DNA from: Gonapodya sp. JEL0774
Taxonomy: Eukaryota
Direction of reading: 5' to 3'
Assembly: GCA_027604505.1 (NCBI GenBank)
Contig: JADIIX010000050.1
Location: 62,001 to 126,000 of the forward strand
Length of the DNA stretch: 64,000 nt
Shown here: piece by piece, positions 40,042 to 59,304 of the stretch
Layout of the letters: every line of letters starts with the position of its first letter
How positions within the stretch are numbered: position 1 is the stretch's first letter
Notes under the pieces: generated by a model
Told to the model about the DNA's origin: nothing
The model's database searches: none
The model's input: the letters and a program-made list of their open reading frames with translations, nothing else
Translations under genes and position numbers: made by a program

Positions 40042-40229
40042 TAAATGCAAAGCTATCCTCTTTACTCTTGTATATAGAGTAGGGATATTGATGGAAACAC
40101 ATTATGTGCACATGCGGTCTTTGTTATTCAAATTCATTATGTAATCGGTGCGTGGTGTTGGGTTCGAGCATGAAAGACTTGAGGGAGAACTTTTCTCTTT
40201 TCGAAGGTTGAACAAACGATCTGTTGAAA

Positions 40230-43200
40230 ATGACTCTTCAAAATGGACGAGGCACATCTCTGAGGCGTTCTTCATCTCGCCAGGAACACAAAGATCGCAG
40301 GGGAGAATCTCGGGGAGGAGCGGGTGGTGGTATCCGAACAGCGAAGGGGCTTCTGACCGAGTCTCCACAACGTCAAAGCACTCACACCAAGAGACGTCGT
40401 AGGCAGAATGCAGCAACAGCATTTGACGTTTACACATATCAATCTTCTAATAGCAGGGAGCGACAAAAATTGGCCTCAAAGCAGTCAGGTCAGGGTGAAG
40501 ATGACTCTGGATCATTGGACTCTGGCGATGAGGACGGACGGCAAGAAATTATCGATGATGAAGAAATTAGTGAAGATGACGCTTTTGATTCGGAAGATGA
40601 GAAAAGGTGGGGTCAATTTTTTGACCGGGCCGACGGACAGTCACGGACAGCCGTACGTGATGGCGCTCAAAGGCGCGAGGATGAGGAGGATCAAGGAGAA
40701 AGTGAAGATAGTTCAGAAGAAGATGATGATCTTGCACAGGGAACACTTCTCTCGGACTTGGTTGACGATAAATTCACGAAACAGCTCCTGCCCACAGAGG
40801 AGGACCCCTCTGATGAAGATGGAAGCGCGGACGAAGATGCGCACATTAATGGCTCCGATTCAACTGATGAGAACGAAAGTGAAACTGTGTCTGAAGACGA
40901 GACGAAGCTCGCGAACCTGGACTCCCTTGTCACCTCTCTGGGAACCATTCGGACACGGAACCAGAACGCACGAGCCAGTGCGATATCAGAGGTGTACGAT
41001 GAGAATGAGTACGATGTTCCAGTCAGGAGAGAGGGTGAGTATTCTGATGCTTAATCCTTCATTCCACTATTTTTGACACATTTTCGAAGGGCAATCGAGG
41101 GTAGAGCTCGAGGATCTTCTCGGAGCATTAGATGACACCGCGGGATTTTCCAAACTGAAGAAAAACATTCGGAGACTGGAGCGGGCAGGCCGCTCAAATT
41201 CACGCACCCCCGGTGGCGCCGTTCCGACCCCTCTCCCACATCGCCTCCAAGAGCGCGTTGAACGCAAAGCTGCCTATGAGGAGAGTAAGAAAGAAGTATC
41301 AAAATGGACGCCTGTGGTGAAGAAGTATAGAGAAAGCGAGCATTTGGACTTTGGGGCGGTTGGGGGAAAGCTTAATGTGACGAGTGCTGCGTTGGCGGGG
41401 AACATCAAGGTATGTCGCTCAGTTTAAAGCTGCAATAAAAAGGTTCGAATCATGGGTTCCATTTGGCACATTCAAAGCCTCAAACAGACCTAGAGAAGGA
41501 AGTACGACAATTTTTGTCGGACGCCAGCTTGGTGAGCGAGAGAAAGCGAGGAGAATTTGAGGAACTTGAGGCCGCAGAAATCTCGATGGAAGAGGTAAGA
41601 TCTTGTTGGCGATGTTGCCGCAATCTTGGCTCACAGGGTGTCCGGCAACAACTGAAGCTGAAAGTACGGCGGGCTGAGCTTGCCAAAATGCGAAGTCTTA
41701 TGTTTTTCCATGAGCTCAAGCTTAAGAAGGCTGCCAAAATCAAATCACGCACTTACCGCAAATTGAAGAAAGTGGACGCTGCGAAGCGCCAGATTGGACA
41801 GGAAGGCGACTTGGATTCTTCCGCCTTTGCTGACACGGACTCAACCCGAGCACAAGAGGGTCGCCTCCAGCAAGAAATTGAACGTGCGAAAGAACGTATG
41901 TCATTACGGCACAGGTCGAAAGGACAATGGGCAAAAGAACTGGCGAAAATTGGAAAGAACAGTCACGAAGGTTCGCGACAAGCGCAGATGCAGGCGCTGG
42001 ATGAAAGGGAAAGACTTCGGAAAAAGATATTGACTGGCTTGAGAGCAAACTCAGATTCCGATGTAGACGAAAGTGAGAGGAGTGATTCGGGGAGCGAGGA
42101 CGGGTTCAGTAATACACGGGAACATGGCGTGCGGGCGCTTGCGGCGTTGGAGCAGGAGCTAGGAGAGTACGACGGAACGGCAGACAGAACAGGTATCATG
42201 GCCATGAAGTTTATGCAGCACGGAGAGCAAGCTGAACGCGAGGAGGCTCGTAAGGCCATTGAGAAAATGCGCATGGATTTGGAGGATGGTGTCGTGGACG
42301 ATATCGACTCTGGTGGAGAAACTTATGAGAGTGGTGGGAAAGTGCCTAGAGCACTTTCCAAGAAACCACCTGCAAACTTAGGGCGGCAGGCATTTGGGAA
42401 AGAGGATGACAAGAGACCGCTTGAGTTGGCGTCATCCGCGTTGACCTCAACTGCAGGGATGCATAATGCCGTTTCATTCTCTGTAACAACGGGCTCCGCG
42501 ATTGACGTTGGAGAACAGAAACTCTTTGACGAAGAGCCCTTCGAGAGTAAGTCTTGGTTATGTTGCCTTTCCGATCTGGACGTTAAATGTTTGGTCTGTT
42601 GGTTGATGTAGTCCACGAGGAGGCTGTAACACACGTGTTCAAGAAAGGTGTTGCTGAAGATCCAATCAAACATGCGTTTTCAGATTCGGACGAGAGCGTT
42701 TCAGCAAAACTCAGGAACACTAATTCCGCGCGAACTTCCGTGCAACAGGCGCTTCTTGATTCGAAAGCAATCAAATCCGAATCTGTTCTCCAAAGGCCAC
42801 CTTACCAACCAGAGGAAGCGAACCCCTGGCTTTTAGCTGTCGAAGATATTGTGGTCTCGAAAGCGAGACTATCCTCACATAGCAACCCCAAAGAGGCTGG
42901 GCGAGAAGAAAAGGCCTTGAACAAGGTGGACAAGCAGAAAAGTGAAGTTCTGAGAAAGGTCAACAAGCCACATCATAATGTTGACGCAATGGAACTGGAC
43001 GCTGATATCCTTCACTCACTTGAGCACTCCACACCAAGTCAGTTAGCCAGTGCAGTACCACGCAATTCTCCAGTACATGCCGACAATCCCTCGGTAGCAA
43101 GCACAGTGAAGCAGCAATATTCAACATCCGGAGGTGCGAATGGAGCTGATTTGAGGGATGATTCAGACAGGGATTCGGATGTCGACACTCAAGCCGTCCC

Positions 43201-43944
43201 AAGCGATTCACAATTTGCCATGATCCACCAAACTGATTTGCGCACCCTCAGTAACCCTGAGCTGATGCGCTTGGCTTTCGCCAATGATGACGCTGTCGTC
43301 GACGAATTTGAAGACGAGAAGCGGAAGGAAGTTGGTGAAGCTGAAGGGATCCTAGAGCACACTGGGTCCCTTCCCGGATGGGTGAGTAATCACTTGGTTC
43401 ACTGGTTTCTTCTCATCAACCATCGCCTTACGAAGCCCTCATCCATTTACAAGGGTTCCTGGGCTGGCGCTGGGGTGAAAGAGCCCAAGAAGAGGATGCG
43501 CAAGGATAAAGAAGATCATGCACCGCAGAAAAAGCCCAAAACCGGTCTTATCCCCGCCGATAAGCGGAAGGATGCAAAGCTTCCTTACGTTATTATCAAC
43601 GAAAAGAAGATGCGAAAGGTATCCAACCAACTGTCGCGTCCTCAAGAGATCGTAGTTTCAAATTGGCGTTTGCATTATTTTGCAGGCTGCTAAGTACATG
43701 ATATCATCCGTACCATATCCGTTCGAAACTCGGGAACAATATGAAGCCAGTCTGAGAGTTCCCGTTGGCCAAGAATGGAATGCACAGAATACTTTCCAGA
43801 AGCTTATAAAGCCTCGTATTATAAGCAAGCCCGGTGAGCCCTCTATAGTATCGTTTGGGGCCAAATTAGTATTCATTGGTGTCTGCACTAGGGGTTGCCG
43901 TCGTTCCACCAAAACTGGCGCGTGGACCGCCGATTAAGTCTTAG
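40230..43944 (+). CDS. UTP14: U3 snoRNP-associated protein Utp14
   Basis: Acidic N-terminus, RRAELAKMRSLMF..ELK.KKAAKIKSRTYRK, RAKERMSLRH, LPGWGSWAG, RKDAKLPYVIINEK, PYPFETREQYEASLRVPVGQEWN. Confidence 0.93.
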
Positions 43945-44034
43945 TTGACAGTAGCATCATATTACTCAGTCTACGACAATACAGAGGGCGTTTACAATGG
44001 CTTGAATGTTTGATTGTAAGTATTTATATACATA

Positions 44035-47000
44035 TCACTGTGAATCAGATTCCGAATCATCTACATTGTCCTGGCTATCCGCAAGGGATGGCTCTTGATC
44101 TTCATCGCTGTCGTCTTGTTCCGTCTGTTCTGCACCATTAAGCCTCCGCTGGCGAAGGACAAATTGCATCATTGAAGTATTTTCATTGCATCTGCAATGG
44201 TGAACATGGATTGACAAACTTCTACGTTTAAGTTCAGCTGCGGTGTACTTACAGTGATCGTAAGTCGTCAGACATTTTGATGATGGTGCGATGTAAAGCA
44301 CGCAGTGGGCCTCTTAGCTCCGCTTGATTGTTGCCTTTCAAAGATCTCGCGTGATGGCGCATAAAGGCAGTGGTCCACAGAAGCGCAAACTCTATACGCC
44401 GCGTTGATTCGAGCCATTCGACGAGAAACTTGAGCATTCTTTCTTGGTACTTTGAGGGGATTTGCTGGACAACTAGTTCCACTTCTGTCGTCGGGGTTTG
44501 CTCTACAACAAAGCCAGTTAATGTCCGATCGCCCAGTCGAAACGACATCACAAGGGCTCGCAACCAATCCCGATCATCCACTGCATTTTTCGTGCTTTGA
44601 GGAGTAATGTTCACTTCCAGGTCAAATGGGTCGAATGCTAAATTGTCATCTACTCCATAGAGCATAAGTCCTTCTGTGGTAGCGGCTGCCCAAGATCGTC
44701 CTGTGGGCGAAAATCGCACTTCCATCACTCGCACTTCCGGTCGCGTCTTGCGATGAGACAAGTCCCCCTTCTGCACGCCAGGGAGTTTCTTGACGAACCG
44801 CTCCTCCTCTTCTTCAGAAGTACCGTCCGCATCATCAATGAGATCAATAGGACCGGCATCAGTCATATTTTTGGAGTTGAGAAACTCTCGCATGCCATCC
44901 AAAGACAGGTTGTATGATATCTGGAACCTTTTCAGTAAAACACGGGACCGGCAATCGTACATACAAACGAATCGTGATCGACCACCCGCAATGACGCACG
45001 ATCCGTCGGTGCTGTAACATAAAGAACTGAAATTTCGGCTCGAAGCATTGTTTGAAGCTGAACGACGGTCATTCGCGAGCCTCCCTGGCGCGATGTCTCT
45101 TCGTCCCTCCAGAGATCCTACTTGTCGCGCCTCGTCTGGATCCCAGAATGAAATCATTCCATCAAGAGTCGAAAGTGCTACCTCTTGTCCATCCGGTCGC
45201 CAGGTTACCGCGAGAACGCTGGAACCTCCTTCCTGGCCCATCATTTCTGTTTGCCCGGCCTTGCGGCCGAAAATTTCCCAAACCCTGGCCGTTCCGTCCC
45301 AAGAACCACTCAACAGTCTACCGCTGCCCGAAGTGTCAAACTGCAGAGCACAGACAGGGCCAGTATGACCAGGAAGCACTTCTAAAAGTCTCCCTGTCTG
45401 CACAGACCAAACATAAATCTCAAACACGTCAGCACCTCCGGCCGCAACAACTTCACCGCTAGGGTCCACTGCAAGACTCGCAAACTGCACCGCCGTGGGT
45501 GTAATGAGAGTTCGGAAGTTACGATAACGAAGGAGGTCGAAGCCTCTCACAGTTCCATCGAGGCTCGCCGTCCACAGCACCTGACCCTGTCTCGCAAACT
45601 CCACTTTGGTAACACCAGCAGTGTGTTCAGGAAAGGTGACGTAACAGAATCCATTGGTGGCATTCCACACCTTGACTTTGCCGTCCATTGCCCCGGTGGC
45701 CAGATGTTGTCCATCAGCGGAATAGGCAACACAATCTATGGTGCCCGCGTGCGCCTGTTGCTTTAAAACGTACGTCTCAGATTGCCATTCCCAGACGAGC
45801 AGTTGGCCCAGAGCGGATGAGCCCAGGGCTAACCACTCGCCACTAGGTGAAACGGAGCATGTGGTGATTTGATGTTGCGATATGCTACCGCCATGAGCAA
45901 TCGGAATGACAATGAACACCACAGGATGAGCGTTCTTGGGTGGAGAACTCACCTCAGAGTGTGAATGTTGTTGAAATCTGGTACTTCCCATAGGCCAAAC
46001 ACTCCAGAGGAGAAACCGACCACAAGGAGTCCCGATTTCTTGTGGAACTCGACTGACTGAACTTTTGCATGATTTTGATTGAAGTAGTGCCGCGCGACAA
46101 TCTTGAAGAGTCGTTTAGGCAGTGTCTGTGGTGCACTTTTGCCGTTGTGGAGAGTTCGGTCCGCCGCTTCACCTACAATCGCTGCTCGTGGCCTCTTTGC
46201 TTGTGTTGGGAGCGAATCAACATCTTCGGTTTTGATTCCAACGTCAGTATCTTCCTCCCAGATGAAGAATGCCCCATCCTTGCTGACAGTGTAAACTCGA
46301 TTGCATTGTCCAACTTTATCATTTGATGCAGGGTCCTTATCTTCCACGAACCACGCCCCCACGACGACGTCACGATGGCCCGCAAGCACAGTTGGCTTGA
46401 ATCCTTCTTCGGGATTCAATGTCCATACTCGAGCAGTCATGTCTTTGGAGGAGCTGATGAACCTGGAACCACAAGACTTCCACGACACCCGCGTAACATC
46501 ATCGTAGTGGCCAGCATAAGTGCGGTGAAGAATGAGGGGTGAAAATTCGCGATGATGTCCGGGTGTGCGCCAAGTTTGAAGGAGGCGACCTTGAGTGACC
46601 AAAATCGCTGATCCATCCGGTGAGAATTGAATGTCGCGAACGGGTTCTTTGAAGGAGTGATGATGCAGGATGGTACGATTCGGTAGGTTAAATATAATTG
46701 ACTTTCCATCTAGATGAGACGTGGGAAGGGGAAGTGAGCATCATGTTGGTTTGGACCCATGCCGTACGCACCTTCATCAACTGATATGAGGAGAACGGCA
46801 TTCCGAGAGAGAGCGATCCGAGAAACGGTTTTTCGGTTTTCAAAAGGCAGGGTATTTGATTTATTACTAGCGAGGAAACAGATGATTCGTTGTTCGAGGA
46901 CTATATGTACAAGTGGATGATCACACTCACTTTACCAAATCGAAGATCGACACTCTATTTCCAACAGGGCTGACAATCGAGTTGCCATCTGGCGTGAAAA

Positions 47001-47208
47001 TGACATTGCCTTGTTTGTAGACGACGCCACATAGATTGGAGAACTAGGTCCGGATGATGTGAATGTGGACAGTGAGTGACATGCAAGGACCAATATCGAC
47101 AGAATTGTCGTTTTCGACCAGGATTCGAAAGATGTATGAGATTGGAATTGAGGATGGCAGCGACGTCTCGTGATTGTCAGAGAGACTCACCGTGAAGTCG
47201 ACTCGCAT
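44035..47208 (-). CDS. PWP2: Periodic tryptophan protein 2 (Pwp2/Utp1), WD40
   Basis: MRVDFT|FSNLCGVVYKQGNV, GQLLVWEWQSETYVLKQQAH, SLDGTVRGFDLLRYRNFRT, FDPFDLEVNITP. Confidence 0.95.
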
Positions 47209-47345
47209 TACCCAGACTTTCTCTTTTCGGTGTCGGTGTGGACCTCAATATCCGGGAGCTAATTTTGACCAAAGTCAACAATTTGAATGCCTGAAATCTG
47301 TCATCTAAACTATGTAGTGTAAACTCCTTGCAAACAATTCTGCAA

Positions 47346-50300
47346 TTACTCGGCTGGGGGATCTTCTGTTTCCAAAGTGGCAAACACGTTCGCAACAGGC
47401 TTCTGGGTCTGCACAACGTTTCTCCCAGCCTCAACTCCCCCGTATTGCAACGGGTCACCAATGCCAGTAAGCTCCGCAAGACAATCCATGACCGCCTTCG
47501 TTGGCTTGCCCTCGACATTCAGTTTATTGAGGACAATGGCGAAGGACACATTCTCACTGGGCATAGCCATGGCAATGGACCCTGGGGATACAATGATGCG
47601 ATTCGAGATCGTAATGGCGGAAAGAGTTGCGAAGCGCGCAAGCAACGAACCTCCAAAACCGGAATGCCCCAGACCTGTAACGAGTTCCGCGACATACGAC
47701 TCCCCGTCATCACGGAATTGCGGGACATTGATTGGTTTCAGAAAGTGATAACGATATGCTGAACGAACGGAAGGGTCAAAGGTTGTACCCAGGTCGCAAC
47801 CCATTGGCCGAAACATACCACCAGCCCCCATAGCAGGCACGACACCAGCTGAAGCTCTGAAAGCTGTTAGTTCTCCCTCCGTCACAAATCGCGAAGCCGC
47901 TCGGATGCCCTCCTTGTCATCCCACTGTTCAGTCAGATCCAAACCCCACATCAGCTTCTGCACTGTTTCTGGCTTGAGCCCCAGCACATTCTCTCCATGA
48001 AATGCTGTGCCGAGTGCCCAGTAAAACTTAGCAAGAGCTCTCGCGGTAAAGTGTCCGTTAGCGGCTGGGATTACAGCTCGTCTTACCCGAAGGTCGTTGA
48101 AAGTTCCCGGATTAGACATCACAAGGGCACGCGCAAAGTCAGGATTTTGCACCATGCGCTCACGGATGCCCTCGGCACGGGATTTGGCTCCTGCGGGAGG
48201 TGCCGATATGGAAGGCATCACCGGCTCGACAACACCTGCCCCGACATCGGTCCTGGATTCAGCTCTCACAAAATCTTCAATGGATTCCAGCTTCTCGCCA
48301 CCCAATCGAACCCCCATGGACTTCATCATGCCTTTCACATCCATCATGACCGACGCCAAACGCTGCTCCACTTTCGGCGATATGCCGATAAATGCTTCTT
48401 CTTGGATCCCCAATGGTTGAAACACGCGTTCTGAGACCACGTCCATCAGTTTACGTCCCGTGACCTACCAAATCTGGAAGGTCATAACAATCTTTGTTGA
48501 ATATCCAACCTTAGCCCCATACCTTTTCAATTATACCTCCAATGAGATGACCGTATGTGAAGTAATGATAGGCAAACGTGCCAGGGTTCACAGGGTTCGA
48601 CTCCTCGATTATTCTCAGCATCTTGTCCCAATCAGTCAGTACGTAAAAGTCCTTTATAATATGTGCAGTGCCTGCCTCTTGAAGGCCAGCAAGATGACAA
48701 AGCGCTTGCCCAATGGTAATGCTGCTTTTCCCACCCTGTGCGAAAGCGGGCCACACCGAAGCGACCGTGTCCTCATATCTCAAAAGGCCGTCCTGAACAA
48801 GCATGTGAAGTACGACTGGACAAGTGGCACTCGTCAATTTATACTTGCTATCCACTGTAATACTGGCTTATACCCACCAGCTACAAAGGGTTTCGTAACG
48901 GAGAACGAGTTTGTAAGAGAGTCTTCAGAGATTTTCCTGGGATCCAACGGCTAGGAAGGATAGAAGACAGATTAGAATTGCACAGAAATAAAATTTATAG
49001 ACTCACACCCATGAAACCTTCGGCCACTGACGCAATAGTTTCTGCCCCTTTGGATACGCAGACTTGTATCCCCAAAACCAGCTTCGATTCAGTTAGCGAT
49101 GAAATGACTCTTTGAACTTTTGTTTCCAAGTGGTTGAGTTGGCGCACCGAGAACGTCGGTGAACTGTGTTCACGGGTGAAGTCATCTAGCAGCGACTGTC
49201 GAGCATATGGGGTCATGATCTGCAAACGTAAATGTACAATTAAAACAGCGAGGTTATGCCGGAGAACAGTGCTCCCGCCCCACTGATCGGATCCACTCAC
49301 TTCTAGGTAGGAATTGCTCAGGCCGAGACCAGAAGATAGTCCTCTGAGCAGGTTCAACACGCGTCCGAACAGTATCAAGCAGCCCGGAAATGCTTCAACA
49401 ACTTTTCGGAGGTTTGGACGTGCGTTCCGCTCCTCTTCGTATTTGTTGTTCAATTCTTCCATTTCTTTCCGATTCTCTTCTTTTGTCTTGTTTGGCCGAA
49501 AGAGAAACCGCACAATGTCCATGCTACTCTGAGGATCTAGCAGGTAGCGATTGAAGGACCGTTGAGCCCTATCGATCTTTTACTACTGTGCTGTCCGGGT
49601 AACTTACCATCAAGGTTAATTTTCAAACCAATCTTAAGGTAGTTGTATATCGGATATTAAGTTCACAGGTGCACAAAGTCCATCTGGTGTCCAACATCAC
49701 CCACCTCCTCTAATGAGCTCAGCAAAGCCGTAAAATCCATATCCGCTGCGGCGACAAGCATTTTGGATAAACCACGTCGTTCCACGGGCGTGAGATGTTT
49801 GGTGAGACCAAAGTCCAAGAGAACAAGGCGGTGAGTAGACTTTTCCACCAGCTAACCCAAAATGCGTTTTAACAGGACGTTTCGACAGAAACATATGGCA
49901 AAGGGCTCACAAAATTACCACCGTGTGGATCCCTACATAAATGGAGGAGAGCAGTTCCAGTATATGGTTTAGTACAAAGGAGAACAAAACGTCTGGAACA
50001 CATCACCCAATGTGCCAGCAAACGAAACCAACCCATTGTAGACGCCAGCGTGGTATATCTGCTGAGCGTAAGCCCGACAAATTTGGTTGGCAATTTTCCC
50101 ACAATCGACGTTGTTCGACCTCAAAGTTTCAACGTCGTTCAATTTCCAGCCATCGACAAATTCCAAACAAATGACTCGTCGAGTGCTGTACTGAGGTATG
50201 ATTCTCGGCAGACGGCAATCGAAAATCAGTTTGCTTTTTGGCACCTACTCGTCTCATTCAGGTTCGAATGCACTGTACTTATGAAATTGTGACACGTACC

Positions 50301-51649
50301 TCAAACTCTTCAGCTAGCTTCGAATCACGGCCGTCAAGATCTCGTATAAACGCATCAAAATTTCGTTGCACGGTCTCCCTAAAGAGGAGCTCCTTTCATT
50401 GTCATTTATCTTAATGCGTAGAACGTCGTATTCTTACATGTTTTCGCGTTCGTTGATGAAATCAAGCTCAAGAGGAAGCTGAAATGTATACCGATCTCCG
50501 CGTTCCCAAACCGAAGAGTGATGACTAGCGAAGCTGCGATGGACAAACCTCTTTCGCCCATTCGTCATACACAATCCGAAAATCGAAGTCCTTTTCGAAA
50601 TCAGCAATTATGCGAACAATCCTGTACAATCGAGTTGGCTTAACCGCTTCCTAAGAATAAGGATGGAACGCATCTCTCACTCTCGCATATTTTCGAGATC
50701 TTGAAGCACAACTTCACCCAAGTTCGGTCAATACGAAGTTCGAAAATCTGTGATGACGTGGAACCCAACTGATAGACACGTACTCCGCTCAATGTTCCGG
50801 TGTTGAACCTTCACCACAACGGTTTCACCGCTCGATTTCAACGCAGCTTTGTGCACTTGAGCTATGGACGCTGTGGCGAGCGGGGCAGCTTCGAAGTCCA
50901 GGAAAACATCTTCGATTGCACAACCTAGTTCTTCTGATATAGTCTGCCTTATGTGATCCATGTGGCGAGGGGGGAGTGCATCTAAATAGCGAAATCGAAA
51001 ATACGGTGTTAATGAGTGTTTCCAGCCAAAACAAGCGATTTTCTGAGCCATGCCTTGAAGAGGCTTTAAATGCCGTATATAAGGTTCGGGGAGAATGTCC
51101 ACCCTAAAATGGAACAGATTTCCGAGACACATTGTGAGAATGGAAGCGCTATGTCGGTTCACCTTGTAGATATATATTGCCCCATTTTGATCCATATTCC
51201 CTCGAGCTCGGACATAACCTTGTACAATCGCTTGGCACTTTTCTCGTGCAATACGTCCCAGAGTGGCTCACTATCAATGTGGATGGACGCGTTGTAGCAT
51301 GTCATATGATAAATTAGAGGACATGGCATGTCAGTACACGTGGACACTGAGCATCAATGAATCAAAATTTCACCTTTCTTCTTCACTCATTTTGGATGTG
51401 CGATACTTTGTCCACTGAAGAACGGACTTCGCATCAGGGTTGTCGCAGATGAGCTACCGCCATTATTCTCACTCGGTAGTCCCAAAATATGTAAGCCGCT
51501 TCACTGTACACCCTCGTCCTTCTCAGTGTTAAATATTCGAGGGGGTTCATTGAGAGCATTCTCATCACTGCTGAAAGCAGTCCACCGAACACCGAATGGG
51601 AGAGGAGATTGACTCCAAGGAGTAATGCGTTTCGGAAGAGCTGAGTCAT
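47346..51649 (-). CDS. ABC1/UbiB atypical kinase fused to a C-terminal beta-lactamase-family serine hydrolase
   Basis: GIWIKMGQYISTR, LQDALPPR, PLATASIAQVH, VVVKVQH, ELDFINE, NGDPHGGNF, LLDFGLTK; then FSVTK (SxxK at 48891-48902), ITIGQALCHLAGL, YHYFTYGHLIGG, IPAANGHFTARALAKFY, GHSGFGGS. Start approximate. Confidence 0.88.
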
Positions 51650-51889
51650 GTATTCTAAATGACAGACAATGAAGCGTTGCTGGTTTTTGGAAGAAACGTG
51701 ATTGCTTGGGGGGGGCAATGTGATGGGACCCAGATCGGATCCATCAGGATGATCATGGTTTTCCCTGCCAAACGTAAGCAGAAAATTGAGCACTCAAAAA
51801 TCTTGAGTTATTCATGATTGCACAAGTACAAATATGTAACAAAGTAGCGCATTGTTGCAACTCAGATCACCCTATCAACGATCGTGGAT

Positions 51890-53382
<1,493 letters not shown>

Positions 53383-53493
53383 ATGGGTAAGCGTTGCAAA
53401 TGCCGAATCCAGAGCAGTACGTCGAACTGCGCCACGTTTTGAGCAACCTCTGTGCAATTAATTGTGGTTTCCAGTTTGTACACCTTAAGAGAC

Positions 53494-55160
53494 TTATGCT
53501 ACAGTTTCCGTTTCTTCACTAGCTTCCTCTCCCGTAGTATTACTGGTGCTCACAAAATTCTTTTGCGATTCCCGTCCATTCTCGATCTCTTCCTTCTTCT
53601 TTTCATTTTCCCGATGTTTCTTCCGCCTCGGACTCTTCTCACGACCCGATTCAGAAGACGAGCGCGAAGAGGAGGAAGATGGGGTGTAGCTTCGTTTCCG
53701 CCCCTCTCTCCGGTCTTCTCTATCCCGATCCCTCCTATGATCTCTCCTTCGACTTGCATCTCTTTCTCGCTCCCTTTCCCTTTCCCTCTCCCTCTCCCTC
53801 TCTCTGTCTCTGTCTCTGTCTCTGTCTCTGTCTCTGTCTCGGTCCCGAACCCTACTGCGATCATCTAGATCAGTAGCGCGGTCTCCCTTCCTATTGCGGT
53901 CTCTACTTCCACTTCGACTTCTCGAATCCGAGTCATCTCGACGCCCTCGTCGGCGACGTTGTTCCCGCTCCCGGCTCCGGCTCCGACTCCGACTCCGGCT
54001 CCTGCTCCTGCTTCTACTCGAGGTGCGCCTTTTGCGCTTGGGTTCCCCCCGGGAAATGCGCACATCCGGTTTCAACTCCTTGCTTCCGCGCTCCTGACCG
54101 CAATTAGAGTGAATCAAATATGTGTTGTTGAGGAAATATATGGCAATCAAAAACTCACTCTTCGCTCTCTCTCACGGGCTTCCTGAGCATCCCGAATATT
54201 CAGCTCTTCTTTCTCCCTTTGCCTCTTAATGGCTTCTTTCAAACGCTCATCAGCTTCCTGAAGGGATAACCCATTGCCTGTCAGCATCATCACCACGAAA
54301 GTCACAAACGCTGCAAGTCCTCACCTGTTTTGCTGCAATTTCCGCCTTTTTTTGTTCCAAGAATACTCTCGGAATACCCATGTTGTCTTTATCTTGCGCA
54401 CTCACAAGCAATCCCCAAAGCTCTTCCATGAACTTGGCAGTGCCACCTTCAAGAAAACCAGTGAGGTTGATCTGCATCATTTTCGGGTCCGGAGTCTAGC
54501 CACGGAAAGGAGATCCCGGGGAACATCAGGTAAGTGATTAGAATATACGGGGAGAGTTTAAGATAACGCACTGGCTCAGAAAGGTACTCGAAGACAAACG
54601 TAATAACGACATCGTCCTCGAATCCCAAAATTTCTGTCACGCGCTTTGTGATCCACGGCTTCAAAGCGTTGACTTGAACATTCTTCATGTTTACCTGGGA
54701 GAAGAATGACTTGGGTCAGGTGTACAGCTCGGAGGGTAGCACAGGGATGAAGAAACACGAAGTTTCTTTTCATGCAGCCACGCTAGGGTGCTTAGCAATC
54801 AGACTATCATCCGTACGTAGCAGTTGAAAGTCAGGTCAATATGTAGGGGGGTTAGGAACTGGTTCTGCTGTATTCGCCAATCGTGAATCACGTCAGTGAC
54901 CAGCGAAACCTTCCCTCCCTCCGGTGGTTGATGAAGAATGAGAGCTCACAGTTGTGGTCTGATGAAACCTCACCTTTGTACCAAAAATACTTGGAAAATT
55001 CATACTTTTCAGAAGTTTCTTCTGTTTGTCGCCAAACCTGTCAGCATACAGCGTGTCAGACAAGCAAAAGCCTCCGAAGAAAATGATTATGCGATTACGA
55101 AGCCTCTCACCTCGTATCTTGGTCGGCTGAAGTGCCTTTAAAGAATCCCGCGTCCCCCAT
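53494..55160 (-). CDS. PWI-domain RS-rich splicing coactivator (SRRM1/SRm160-like)
   Basis: MGDAGFFKGTSADQDTR, KPWITKRVTEILGFEDDVV, PKMMQINLTGFL, ELWGLLVSAQ; RS and RD/RE dipeptide tail. Confidence 0.9.
53771..53840 (-). repeat. Hexamer microsatellite encoding RD/RE dipeptides
   Basis: (TCTCTG)x6 at 53801-53836 plus TCCCTY units on the + strand. Confidence 0.85.
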
Positions 55161-55658
55161 CCCCGAACTCTATGGCAGAACCGTTCGAAAGGCTATATTG
55201 TGGCATTGAGAGAGTGTCAATGACTCCAAGGATGAAAACACTAATCTGTAAGAAATGTTTCGCATGGATCCTCCGAAAGGACTCTCGCAATATGGAGTTC
55301 CGAAGGTGACATGACAGTGGACGATGATGGATCACCAACCAATGTAAACTGAGCCCCACTTTTGAATCCGTGGCGATCTCGTGAGCCGGTAAATCTGCCT
55401 ATCTCAGGAACCTGGGATTCAAAGTCGTTGTGGTTCGTCGTTGTGGTTTAGGTGCCCGCGGTCGAACTTCTATTGCACATGCAGTTCCCAAGAAGAGGAA
55501 CGCCATTGCCTTGCTGATGCTGCAACCGAACATCTAAAACCTGAAAATCATTTTGAACTCGCCAAACGTCAATCGTTTTAGTATACCGGTCTGTCGCGGC
55601 TTTCTGAGCCTCAACAAAGCCCACGTCCATCGGCGCACAACTCTTCGTATTGGTACCG

Positions 55659-59287
<3,629 letters not shown>

Positions 59288-59304
59288 AAGAGAGTATTCA
59301 ATAT

